Part shown: piece by piece, positions 38,320 to 51,009 of the stretch
Position numbering within the stretch: the first letter of the stretch is position 1
How the letters are laid out: each line of letters begins with the position of its first letter
Source of the DNA: Eledone cirrhosa
Taxonomy: Eukaryota
Length of the DNA: 64,000 nt
Assembly: GCA_964016885.1 (NCBI GenBank)
Contig: OZ024742.1
Location: forward strand, 241,242,001-241,306,000
Direction: 5' to 3'
Program-made: the position numbers and the translations under genes
Notes under the pieces: model-generated
The model's input: the letters and a program-made list of their open reading frames with translations, nothing else
Databases searched by the model: none
What the model was told of the DNA's origin: nothing

Positions 38320-41300
38320 AGATATTTGCCACCAGGGCATCAAAAGTGGACTAGTACAAAGGGGGGAGTTTACATGCAAAGGCGTCCTCAATATGGAGGA
38401 GGCAATAACAAAATATAAAAGTATAAAAATAAAATAAAATATAACAAAATAAATTTTATAACAAAATCCTCAATAGGGAGGAGGCGCCTTGGGGGGGGGG
38501 GGGGGTCGCACACACCCCCGAAAAAAAGTGTGCAACCCTTCTCCTCAGGAGCACAGAGAGGGGGTGCTCCCTTGGTCTTTCATCTTCCTCACCTATAGTC
38601 TGATCTAGAGTGAAGGCCCATTCACACGGGCCATTCTCGCCACTTTCACCCATCTTTCATAGAAACGGCTGGGGTGCAGCACCTCTCTCTCCATCCTGAT
38701 CCTTCTTCCGAAATGATATCGGAAGAAACGGACCAGTTGTTGGCCAGAGAGAAAGGTGTCTGATCTCAGTCCTTTCAGACGCGTCCACCATACAACTTCT
38801 TTCGCCATGGCTATTACGCACAGAAACACCGCCTCTCCTTCGTTTTTGAAGAGGGGAGGCGGCTTGATCGTTACAATAGACTACTCGGTGGTCAACCTGC
38901 TGCGTACCAGCCCTCTATAGAATGTCGAGGTGGAGTCTCCACTGATAACCGGGTCCGCCTGCCAGAGGGCCGTGAGCGCCTGGGCACACTCAGTGTGCCA
39001 GGCGCCCAGTTTTCTCGGTCTTTGCTTGACCCAGGATTGCAGCTCGGTAAGTGAGACGAGTCTGGGAAAGGTTCGTCAAACAAACGGGGCCCACACCGGT
39101 TGACCGGTGAGGAATACGTGGAGGTGCCGTAGCCTTAATGCGTGTTTATGCATCATTAGCCACGGCATCCCCAGCCCTCCTTTCGAAGGGTGTTGACAGC
39201 AGATGGATCTCCTCACCAAAGGAGCCCGCTTCTTCCAAAGGAATTGGAAGAGTCCGCGCTCCATCTTGGCGAGGGTTTCCCTTGGGTAAGGCACGACGGT
39301 CAGGCGGTAGTAGATGACGGACGCTATATAGGTGTTCGCCACCTCCGCCCGACCTTTCAGGGATAGTTTGAAACTGGCCCACTTCTGGGTCAGTTCAAAC
39401 ACCCTGTTCGTAACCTCACCCCAGTTCTTCTCCACCTGGAGGTCTGGTCCGAACCAGACCCCGAGCAACTTCAACGGGCCCTCCATCCAGCGTCCGACGA
39501 CGCCATCGGAGGGCATCGGTTTGCCCCTACACGTGCCGAGTTGCAAACCGATCGACTTGTCCCGGTTCAGCTTAGCCCCTGTGAACCTTTCGTACTCCTC
39601 CAGTAAGGTGCCGATCGCCCCGATTTCGGAGGCCGTCGACACCATTACTGCCACGTGATCGGCGTAGGCCGACACCGCTTTCCGCAATCCAGGTTCCAAA
39701 GGGATGCCCTGCAACAAGTCCAACTTCCGCAGTAGTGGCTCGAGAGTCAATACATACAGAAGGGAGGAGAGAGGGCACTCTTGTCGGATGGACCACGCGA
39801 TTTCGAACGGCTCCGAGAGGTAGTCGTTCACCTTGACCCTAGAGCAGATGCGGCTGCTGTGCATGGCATTGATCCAGCCCCTGAAAACGGGTCCGAAGCC
39901 TGCCGCCGCTAGCACCGCATACAGGTAACCATGGTCGACTCTATCGAACGCCTTAGATTGATCCAAGTTGATCAGGGCCCCACCAAAGCCGGGTTCGTTC
40001 CCAACCCTCTCTATGATGTATCGCATGAGGTGGAGGTTGTTGTGGATGGACCTGGACGGGATAGCACATGTCTGCGCATCTCCCACCAGGTTGCCCACGA
40101 CAAGCGCCAACCTCTTTGCTAACACCTTGGCCAAAATCTGTAACTCTGTATTTAGCAGAGTTATGGGCCTGAAGTTACTTATTTCGTCCCCCTTGTTCTC
40201 GTCCTTCCTCACTAGCGTGACTACGCCCTTGGTCACAGAACAGGGAATTTTCCCGTTCTGTCACCAGTTGTAGTAGACCGCCTCGAGGAGATCGGGGAAC
40301 AAGTCCGGCATAGCTAGATATAGTTCGTATGGAAGACCATCGAGACCCGGGGATTTGCGTTTGCCGTATTGTCTCAGCACGTCCTCTATCTCAGCGGCTG
40401 AAATCGGCTCCTCGCAGGACTTCGCCTCCTCGTCCGAAAGACGCGGCAGGCCGTCGAGGTATGGACCGAAGTCCACTTCCCCCAACCGGCTCCCTGCCCC
40501 TTCCGAACAATCGGGCAAAGTACCTTTGAAAGGCCTCACACATCTGCTTAGGTTCAAGGATCGCCCGTCCATCCTGGTCTCGCAAAGACCGGATGGTGGA
40601 TTTAATTCCATTCTTGGCTTCTGTCACGCGGGCCCAGCTAACAGCTTTGATCCCCTCGTTTCCTAGAGCACGTATTTTACTTCGGACAAGGCAGCCTTCG
40701 TGCTTCGCGTCGAAACACTGGCTCAAAGCCGTTCTCAACGCTTCTAATTTCCTCTTCTACTATATCTATCAGCTCCCTTTCCTTCCTATTCCTATCCGCA
40801 GCTAAAATCTTACTAAATTCTATCGAGACTAATCTAATCTCTCTCTTTAGAGATACCCACCACCTGCTGTTGACGATCGCTCCAGTCAACCGCTCCTTAA
40901 CTAACGTACTAATCCGGTCCCTATAAGCTTTACTTGCCGGTAAGGACAAGTTCAGCTTCCAGTAACCGGAACCCTGTCTATGCGTTCTATCAATGTTGAC
41001 CATGAAAGTCACTAACTTGTGGTCTGATTAGGCAACCATGAGCATTTCTGGACAACTTAAGAAGTCCCTATCCTTATTTCTAACTAAGAACCTATCTACG
41101 TACGATCTAGATTGACCGACGAGATTTGTCCAAGTCCAGATTGGCACAGTCGGAAAATCTAGTCGAAATCTATCGGCCAGGTCAAATCGGCCGAGTAACC
41201 CCTTGAGGCTGTTACACCCTTCTCTATCGGGACATGCCCCTGCATAGTCCCAACGTGCATCCAGGATACCATTCCAGTCCCCCACTAAATGCAGGGAACG

Positions 41301-43684
41301 GGACGTCCCTAGAAAAGACTCCAGACGTTGGAAGAAGTCGGGCCGCTCTGTCCCAAGAGGGGCATATGCGGCTAAGAGCCTAAAACTCCACCTTCACCAC
41401 TGCCAAGGTCTAGCACCACCAGTTGACCCCCTGGGTCCAAGTGAACTATCTGTGTGGCGAGACCCAGATGTTTTTGCAGCAGAATGACAACCCCACCCCC
41501 ACCTCCGGGCTGACAGAGAGATGCATGCATCTCAAAGTCACAAAGGTGGGGGCCAGCTGTCGCACGCTGCTGATCCGGGCCTCGCAAATAACCATCACAT
41601 TTATACATCGTGACCTGAGGTCATTTAGAAGCATTGCTTGCTTCCAAGGTGAGCCCAGGCCACGCGCATTTAGACAACCTATTCTCAACACAGCCATGTT
41701 GGTGGTAAAGAGAAAAGGCACGTACCTCTCTGCGTCCCGGGGAGCGGGCCGCTCAATTTCCATGAGGGTTGGGGATGGGTTGTTGGGTGGGGTGGTGGAT
41801 TTTGGAAGTGAGGGGCATCAGTGTGTTGTGGGGTTGGGGTGTTTGTAGTTGAGTGGGTGTCTGGATAGGGGGTGGGGAAATTTTTTAGGAGGACGCGGTT
41901 GATTGGCTTGTGCAGGGGGGGGGGGGGGGGGCACGTCCTCCGTGAAATTTATTTTCAATGTTTTATATAAGTTCATTGGGACTTTAATCATTTTTAAATG
42001 AGGTAGTCCCACAGCATTTAGAAAGTTAGGCCCCTCAGTTTGGACCGAAGGGTTTGACGAAATTGTGTTCATTAGTTCTTTGTTTGTGTTCATGTATGTA
42101 TATTGTAAAGTCTTTTTTTGCGTAGCAGTTAGTGTTGTGTGACGGGGAGGGGTGGTTTGTATATAGTTTGTTTTCTCTTGGGGAGGGTTAATGTTAATAA
42201 GTGTGTCTGTGGTGCAACTTCTCTTCTTTCTTTTTACTATTTGGAAGGGATCTTTTTCGTCTTGCGACGAAAGGGGTTCGTCTTCCTTGATGGGTGGGAG
42301 GGGTATATTTCCTGGTAGTGTTTCCGGTGTGTGTGTGTTTGTATTTGTTTTGTGTGGGGAGGGGTTGGGTGGGACAGTGTTCTGTGTTGTTTTTTCACGT
42401 GTTTGTTGTTGTTGTTGTTTTGGTGGTGTTGTTGGTTTTTGTTGTTGTTGTTGTGGTTGTTTTTGCTGTTGTTGTTGGGGTGGTGGTGGTGTTGGTTGTT
42501 GGGGTGTTGGTAGCAATGGTTTTTTCGGTGTGAGCTGGGGACAGGCAGCCCTCAGGTGACCTCTATTGCCACAGAGGTAACAGGAGGGACGCCTACCCTC
42601 CACAATAATGTTGAGGTGGGTACGGTCATCCAGCATGACGCGCTCAGGGATTTGGGCGATACGTTCTGGCCTTATTTGGGTCAGAACTTCAATGCTCGTT
42701 CCACTGAACGCGTCGCCGGATGCCTTCCCTATTGATATAAGGTTGTCCTCGTCTAAGTTGAGGAAACCGGTTAGTAACCACCAGTAGTTTATGTTTGGGG
42801 TGATGGTGGTTATCCAAATTCTTTGGATTTTTTTACCCATGTAGGTTGGGAAAAAGGTGTAATGTGTGGTACGAATTGGCGACACAGAGTATTATTTCGC
42901 CGCCAATTCGTCTTTCATCAATATGGATAAACTGCCATAGAGTTTATCCTTTTGTATGAAAATTATGTCTTTTTTAGCCTCTTTCAGGACCAACTGAATT
43001 TCAGCTTGAGATGGTTGTGCTGGTTTTTTTGTTTTGTTGGCAATTGTACGGAATACAACAGTTCGTAATTCCGTCTGTTTTTTTAGTTCTGGGGGCGAAT
43101 TAATGGAAAAAGATCCATTTTCGCCAAAAGATACATATTTTTTTGCTTTTTCAAGCATTTCTTTTGCATTTGTTATATCCTCAAGCACATATGTGACTGA
43201 TATTTTAGCAGTCTGTGGAAAATATATTTTGTTTTCGTTGTTGGTGTTTGAGTTGTTCTGTTTCTCGTAGTTTGAGTTGTTTTCATTTTTGTTGTTGTTG
43301 TCTTTCTCATTTGGTGTGTTGGTTTTGTCATTTAATTGTTTGTCCGGCATATCGCCTTTTACAAAGTCTTTTACAACGTTGACGCGGGAAAGCAAAACGC
43401 TTTGTACCGCTTGCTACTTTCTCTCTTCTTCCTTAGTGAGCGTGGCGTTTTCGTCCACACGTGCTACAGACATGGCGTCAATTTTTTACCATGTGAGTCA
43501 GCAAAAAATTTTTGGAGTAGTTTTTACCCCCAAAAGGGGTAAAAATACGATGACCACCCGTCTACAGACCTAGCCGGGTGGTTAAAACGCACGAAGACAA
43601 CACAATAAAGAGACAAACACTTACTGTCAATGGGTAAAAATTCAAAAAGACAGGAGCCGATGTTATACGCGTCTATACTATACG
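38320..43684 (-). mobile_element. Tx1-type LINE, copy 2 (related subfamily, decayed)
   Basis: ORF1 pieces at 42892-43395 and 41818-42885 (CYLCGNRGHLRAAC). ORF2 is fragmented from 41697 to 38605, with YADH instead of YADD and a deletion near 38900. Followed by (GATA)n at 43685. Confidence 0.92.
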
Positions 43685-43704
43685 AGATAGATAGATAGAT
43701 AGAT

Positions 43705-43775
43705 ATCTTTCTTTATTTGCCAAGAAATGGGAGATTACAAGGCGTGACGGCAGGGGTTTTACATAAAAATCGTAT
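43705..43775 (-). mobile_element. Extremely 5'-truncated Tx1-like 3' end
   Basis: tttctttatttgcca...ggggtttacata next to (GATA)n, matching the other Tx1 3' termini. Confidence 0.5.
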
Positions 43776-44030
43776 AAATTTAACATTATATATATATATT
43801 TCTCCAAAATTGTTGACTGAATAAGCAAGTGTTTTTTTGAAAACAAGTATTCCGTCCCTTCTTCATCTCACTCTCTGTCTTTCTATTTCATCTCTCATTT
43901 CTCATTCTATCTTCTGATGTATAGACTCTTCCTACTATATCAAGCATGAAACTAATGCATTTCTTCATTGTATTATGTTGTTTGATTTATTGTTTCTGTT
44001 TACTTTTTGCATACATACACATGTTTATAT

Positions 44031-44065
<35 letters not shown>

Positions 44066-44119
44066 CATCTTCGTTTAACATCCATCTTCCACGCTAGCAT
44101 ATATATATATATATATATA

Positions 44120-44466
44120 CAGTTATGCTCCGGTATTTTCGGGGGTTACGGTCCTTGGGCACACGCGAACAGGAGAAACCAGCGAATATTGGAAGTGGTC
44201 CATAAAAATGCCTATAAACCTCAAAAATATAACTTAAAGTATAATTTTAAAAAAAAGGGAGCGTCTTATGCGAAGGCGCGCCCAATAGGCCGGCTAATAC
44301 GTTATATTGTTATTAATAATTTGGCATTACAAAATATATATTGCCACGAAAAAAAAAGATTTAAAAAATCGCGGGAGATTCCGCGAATATGAGTTAAATT
44401 CTAAGGAAAATTCCGCAAATAACCGGGACGGCAGGTGCCAGAACCGCGAATTCCGGGGATACACTG
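44120..44466. mobile_element. Tigger/pogo-like non-autonomous DNA transposon
   Basis: TA|cagttatgctccggtattttcggggg ... ccgcgaattccggggatacactg|TA; imperfect TIRs resembling MER2-type ends. Confidence 0.65.
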
Positions 44467-44491
44467 TATATATATATATATTTATATATAT

Positions 44492-44520
<29 letters not shown>

Positions 44521-44522
<2 letters not shown>

Positions 44523-44716
44523 ACGAAGAAAGTGTATTAAGGAACCAGGTGGACCATAACGCACCAGAGTACTCGATACTTAGAGTAGTAAAATGGGTAA
44601 TAGGAAAAGAGTCAGGACCCCGACGGCTGAGCTCCAATCGTTTCGACAGCTAGATCCGAACGATCTAGCTGCTGAAACGGCCGAAGCTCAGCCGTCGGGG
44701 TTCTGATTTTTTTGGT
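44521..44716 (-). mobile_element. Fold-back family C element
   Basis: Hairpin accccgacggctgagct...agctcagccgtcggggt plus the family tail. Confidence 0.7.
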
Positions 44717-44938
44717 ATATATATATATATATATATTAAAATTGGTGCTCTGAAATAGCGATGTATATATGGATGTATATATATAGTATATTTGGCAATA
44801 TACTGTATGCTTAAATAAAAGCATTCTAATTTTCAATTTTTGCTGGATCGGCAATCGCTCTGTATAATCAGTTCCTGATTAATACTGGAATTCTATAAGA
44901 ATCCACCATTTATAATTTTCAACAGACAAAGCGTCTGC

Positions 44939-44984
44939 TAAGCTCTGATGATTACCAACTGTATGAAACAGATCTGTCAGCTTA
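44939..44984 (+). ncRNA. Canonical type I hammerhead ribozyme in a fold-back mini-element (44763-45120)
   Basis: taagct-CTGATGA-t-tac(caact)gta-t-GAAAC-agatct-GTC-agctta; 6-bp helix I. Terminal inverted repeats at 44763-44825 and 45061-45120. Confidence 0.85.
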
Positions 44985-45111
44985 TTTCCCTTTGTTTGTT
45001 GAAAAAAGAAGTAAGTGACATAGTCACTACTTAAAAATAATAGCGCAACGACGTCTTCAAAATGCTTTTAATTAAGCATACCGTATATTGCCAAATATAC
45101 TATATATACAT

Positions 45112-45175
<64 letters not shown>

Positions 45176-45249
45176 ATGACATTAATAAATCGAAACTATA
45201 TTTATAAAACCATATTTATTCTATTATATATTCAAGGGTACCAAAGGTT

Positions 45250-47549
45250 TGAGTTACAGTTGATGTATGCTAAGTTTTCATTAATCTTGTGAAAAGGTCT
45301 TATAAGTCCCGTATTTAGGTTAAGCGTCGCGTCTAGAAAGTTAACTATTTTAGTGCTATACTCATATGTTATGCTAAGGCCTAGTTCTCTGAGAGTCTTT
45401 CTAATATTCTTACAGTCTTTCTATGCTCTGGTTATTTAGGTTCTTAACTAGGAGAAGGGCGTCGTCTCTGTAGATTCCACCGTGAAGATCGCTAAGCTCA
45501 CTCTGTAAACTATGGGCTATGTAAATACCTACTAAATCTGTGACTTGAGCCGAGTCGTTAGCCCCCATCGTGATGTCAAAGTTATTTAATCTATCCTTAC
45601 GTTCCCAATAGGCGTTTTCAAATTTAATTATTGTTTTCCTAGCAGCTAATATAATTTTTATCTCGTCGTCTGTTAGGTCAGTATTGGCTTTGGCGAATGT
45701 TAAGGCTTTATCCAAGGTGTTGGGGGATATAGAGGAGTAATAGTCGTTAATGTCAAATTGTATAAACTTAGATACTTTTTTGTTAGCTATATTGTTAAAC
45801 CACTTAATTGTTTCGATAGTGCTACCCCATAGTTTAATCACTAGTTTATTCTCCATTTGTGCTATCACTCTGTCTAATATATGTTTACTAATTTTCCCAA
45901 TGTCCGATTTGGACGGTTATAATCAAAATTTACCTTGTGGTCCTTGAGATTAAATGTGGAGGTACATGGCCTAAGTGGCTCCATTCTGTCGTCTATTCCT
46001 AGGTGTTTGACTATATTGTGTGCCTCCTTGTTGATGTTTATCAGTGCCGCCTCGTTAGAGCATAGAAAGACTCCGTAAGAATATTAGAAAGACTCTCGAA
46101 AAACTAGACCTTAGCATAACGTATGAGTATAACACTAAAATAGTTCACTTTCTAGACGCGACGCTTAACCTAAATACGGGACTTATAAGACCTTTTCACA
46201 AGATTAATGAAACTCAAACCACCCACTATCCATAATTAAATCCATTCCACGCAGCATATCCCTTAAGATCTCCCGACTCTCGTCTAACCGACAAATCTTC
46301 GAGGAACATGCAGAATACTACAATACCGCACTAGACAAGGCAGGCCACTTAGATAGAGTAGAATATATAGATGAGAGCCTCCGCAAAGCGCACACGAACA
46401 TGCATAACACAAACTCCAGAAACACACGCACAAACGCATTTACGTATAGAACTACAAATTATACTGTAAATAGAAATACAACATCGAAATCAAACAAGTC
46501 ACGCAGTAGAAAATATATTTGGTATAACCCCATATTTAACACCTCTATTAGTACTAACCTACCCTCTACCTTCTTTAGAATAATAAATAAGCACTCTCCA
46601 GATTCACATAGATACAGCAAAATTCTTAACACTAAATCTATTAGACTATCTTACTCCACGGCACCAAACATAGAGGCACAGATTAAGATGCTTAACGCTA
46701 AAAGGATACATAACAACACCAGAACACAAATTTATAACAATAACAATACAATCACCATTGAACACAACAGAATATCTAATACACAACCACCCACTAATAG
46801 GCAAACAAAACGTAACACACTTGTACAGGCATCGCAGCCCACCAATAATGCCAAAGTTGCCCATGACAAGAATTGTAACTGCCACCTACCTGAAACCTGT
46901 CCATTACATAATGAATGTATGCAGTCTAACCTGGTTTACCAATGCACAATAGAATCAGACAACCGGAAATGGTATTACATCGGAGCGACTGGGAATACAT
47001 TTAAAGCCCGTTGGTATACACACCGTTACGCAATGAAACATTCCCAACATCGTTATGTAACTACTCTTGCAAACAAGACCTGGTAACTGAGGGAAAGTAA
47101 CCATCAATACACCCTGAAGTGGAAAAAATTATCGAACGTGCCCTCATATCGGAGTGGTATGAGAAGCTGTCGATTATGTGACCTCGAGCTGTTCCACATT
47201 TTGAGTTCGAAGAATAAGTTACTCAACAATAAAATCGAAAGATCAATTTATTGTAACCATAGACCCAAAGAAAAGTTTTCGCACTACAAGTGCAAATCGA
47301 ACCCTTAACCTCCTACTACCACCTGACATACTTAGACTTTCTACCCTCTTATTGTATCTAACCCCTTTAATTACCCACAAAAACCAATACCTATATCCCT
47401 CCCTTCTCCTTCATTCCTTTTCTATTTCTTTTCGTTTTCTTCCTTTCTTCTCTCCCCTTTTTGGCTATCTTTTCTTTTCTTCTTTCTCCCCCATTCTTTA
47501 TTTTTATTTTTATTTTTATTTTTATATATATATTTATCTCTCTATATCT

Positions 47550-47598
<49 letters not shown>

Positions 47599-48170
47599 CC
47601 CCTCCCACTATAAACAATTTAATTCTCTTTAACTCACTACACTCTAAATCGACGACATGAAGTCTACGTATCAAAACTGATCAAGGAATTCTTCCACCTC
47701 TACCCCTCCCTCCATCTCAGTTTGTCACTCTACTTCCTAACTCTTCTCCCCCTTCCTCTATCTCTATACTATTCCGTTTGTCCCCCCACTTTCTAATTCC
47801 CTTCATCTCTCTCTATACTAGTAAATACCATTCCAAAAAAATGTTTTTCTCTATATATTAAGAACTTTTTAAGAGTAACTTACTCACTATTTTGAAAATT
47901 TGGACGTGAACAACAGTTATCATTGAGTAGCTGCTATTTGCAGTATAGCAATATAAGGTTGCACTTACCAATGAAACGGTCGTAAATAACTGGATAAAAT
48001 CCTTTTCTTAATGCTTACCTGTGTTTTCTCTTTTTTACTTTATACTCCAAGATTGAACGGAATTCTTACAAACTTGTGGAGTTACCCCTAACCGTACTTT
48101 GAAACCGTCCATGAAACTGGCTTTCTTAACCACGGACTGGATCACAATAAGCAATTTCCTGCTTCCCTAA
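45250..48170 (+). mobile_element. Penelope-like element family D with inverted RT segment
   Basis: Minus 45250-46060: RT core (QFDINDYYSSI, FDITMGANDSAQVTDLVGIY, IYRDDAL). Plus 46060-47310: FLDATL, WYNP, CNCHLPETCPLHNEC, LVYQC...YYIGAT...KARWYTH, CRLC...CNH. Then 3' UTR and (TA)n. Confidence 0.88.
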
Positions 48171-48398
48171 CTATATATATATATATATATATATACACAA
48201 ATGTATCTCGAATATCGAGTTTGAAACGCGAGTGTATTAGAATTCATATTGTAATTGTAAGAACTCAGCGCAACGAAATGCCGTCAATGGCGGTGTCGGG
48301 TAAAAGTTACCTCAAATGATAGAAATCAGTGGCTAGAAGTGATAGGAAGAATTGAGAAAGGGATGAAATAGACGAGACAGGAAATATGTATGTATGTA

Positions 48399-48431
<33 letters not shown>

Positions 48432-49098
48432 GTGTATGTGTGTGTGTGTTTAAGCATCTTCTTAAAACCAGGCTTTTTTATTGATGAGGTAAGAACTATA
48501 TTTTATTTTACATGCAAAGGCGCAGTAACATGCATTAATGTAAAATTTAATTAATGTTGCATACAGAGTTAATATAAGTTAATTTCGTCACAAAAAATAT
48601 AACTAGATACAATATATGCTAATTAAAGGCAAGCATCTTTCTGATTCCATTTTAAGAATAGTTGGATTCTGTTTTTTAGACTGACATTTTCTTGGTTTTA
48701 TGAATTGAAATTTCATTTCGAAATACAGGGTACCGAATCTGCTTGCATCGTCGCTGGTTGTAAAAAAGAAAATACTGAACCAGTGAGAAGTAATCAGAGA
48801 ATATGAGCTCAGAATCAGGAATAAGTAGGTGTGTCTTTCGCGATCACAGTAACCGAAGCCGCGTTCTCTTATCTGTGCAAGCGCGCAATCACGAGGCGGA
48901 TTGACCCTTGAACAGTGAGTGGCAAATACTGATCACATACATTCGTACACACACACACTCATACACATACAGACACACTCACACATATAGACACATATGC
49001 ACACATACACACATTCTCACACACACATACATACACACACACACACACATTCACATACACGCTAATAGAGTTCTTTCCCATTGACAATAGACCTTATA

Positions 49099-49209
49099 TA
49101 GGGTGGCCCAAAAGTTGCGATACATAAAAAAAAATAATTACGTTTTATATTTATTTGTTTCTTATAAAACATAATTTTTTTTATGTATCGCGACTTTTGG
49201 GCCACCCTG
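49099..49209. mobile_element. Tc1/mariner-type MITE
   Basis: ~40-bp TIRs agggtggcccaaaagttgcgatacataaaaaaa / ttttttatgtatcgcgacttttgggccaccctg, flanked by TA. Confidence 0.8.
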
Positions 49210-51009
49210 TACATTCGTATTCAATGTAAAACTTACATCGATGTAAAGCAAACTATAAAAGGGGAAATAGCTGAGTTGTAACACAACAAAATGTAGTTCA
49301 GACCTGGTAGGATTGTAACAGATCTTAAAGAAATCGTTATGGGTGTAAGACTGTGATAAAGAATGAAATAAAATTGTATCGAGTGGATTTCGACATGGTT
49401 AACTAAATGATGTTCATCGTAATGGCATGTATGCGCATGCGTGTGCGTGTATGTAACTAAACCTAGCTCCAATTCTTACGAATAAATCTCCCTATAAAAA
49501 TTCCGTACATATTAAATACGTGCTTTTAGAAGTTATTAATGCCTATAAAATATGCTAATTGGTCACACCCCAATGAAAATGCTCAATAAACATTTTAACA
49601 AAGTTTACAGCATTTTAAAAATTTAATTAAATAACAAAAGACGATAAAAAAACATTTTTATTCTATAATTTATCATTATTGTACATTACAATTAAATAAA
49701 GTAAATTTTATTACGGAAAACTCAATTTCAAAATTTACGAAAAACATATATAATTATACAGAGGAATGTAAAGATGTATCCAAACTCTAAATGTTAACAA
49801 AAGAAATGCAGACAATATTCTACCATTCTAAATGTTAACAAGAGAGAAAAAGACATATACACAGATAATATTACATATATTACTCTATTGTTTTACTTTG
49901 AAATAATTTAACAGGACACATACCTGTATCTGCTTTTTCTTGAAATCTTTATGCGAACGCTTGTAATTTAGTAAAAAATTATCGGAACCTCAGTGAAATT
50001 TCACGCATCATTTTATGTTGAGATCGGCATTTATGATCATTTTGTTTAATGCCTCTATAATTCTAAATGCATTTTCACATTTCTTAATGAAGAAATATTT
50101 CATCTTTCTATCAGTACTTTATTATAATTTATTAACTAATGTTTGAAAAACTATTCGTTCTTCTAAAAGAAAGTAATCGTTAGATAAATTCTTCTTTCTA
50201 TGTGAGAGTTAAGTTTTATTATATTTCGTACATATTTTTATTGTATATAAGCTAACACCTCTGTTAATATACAAATTGCTACCGACACGTATATGGCATT
50301 CTATAACATCATCAACTTGTCTGCCATTTTTCACTAGGAGCTTTTATTGTACAAGTAGTTTCCTTATTTTTTGATAAGAACAATTTATATAAATGTCTTT
50401 TGTTGTTATGAAAACGGAAAAGGAAGGGAAAGGCAAGGGCTCTAGGATTACTGAAGAATGGGGGGGGGGTCAAAGAACTACACATGACAATATGATGACA
50501 ACGTAAAGCAATGTCGATGATGATTCATGTTCTAGGGTATGAAACACATATTCTAAATTTCACGCTATATAAAAGGTCGTACTGAACAGAATTCTCTTAG
50601 ATATAAAGTATTGCTTATTTTAAGATTCACTTCTTTAAATTTTTCAAATCTCAACACTTCCGGTTAGCGTCCGTTATATTATAACACTTATTACATCGCT
50701 TATATAAACGTTCATATAATTACATCGTTATATAAGGTTTATATTTAGGTGGCTAATTTTCTACTTTTTCGTTTTCATTACATTTTAGTTTATTATATAT
50801 GCAGTTTATATATAATATCGTCTTTTTTAATATATCATGGATTACTTTACTGATTAAAGAAGAGAGTGTAACACAGACTTCGTTCAGTTTCTGTGCATAT
50901 TGTCAATTACGATTTCATTTGACGTATTATATCTACATGTATATATATTTACATATAATATCAATATACACACTACAAATGCCAAAAGGGTGGTTTTTCT
51001 GCTAGTTCT

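Noticed and set aside
46400-47310. Selenocysteine-recoded Penelope ORF, as reported for some Naiad elements
   Set aside because: The in-frame stop at 47084-47086 is TAA, and the conserved Cys codons are not TGA.
49920-50172. Possible minus-strand host exon (ctttcttttag acceptor ... cag|gtatgt donor)
   Set aside because: No ORF of 60 aa or more in the track and no recognisable protein motif; the splice-like signals may be chance.
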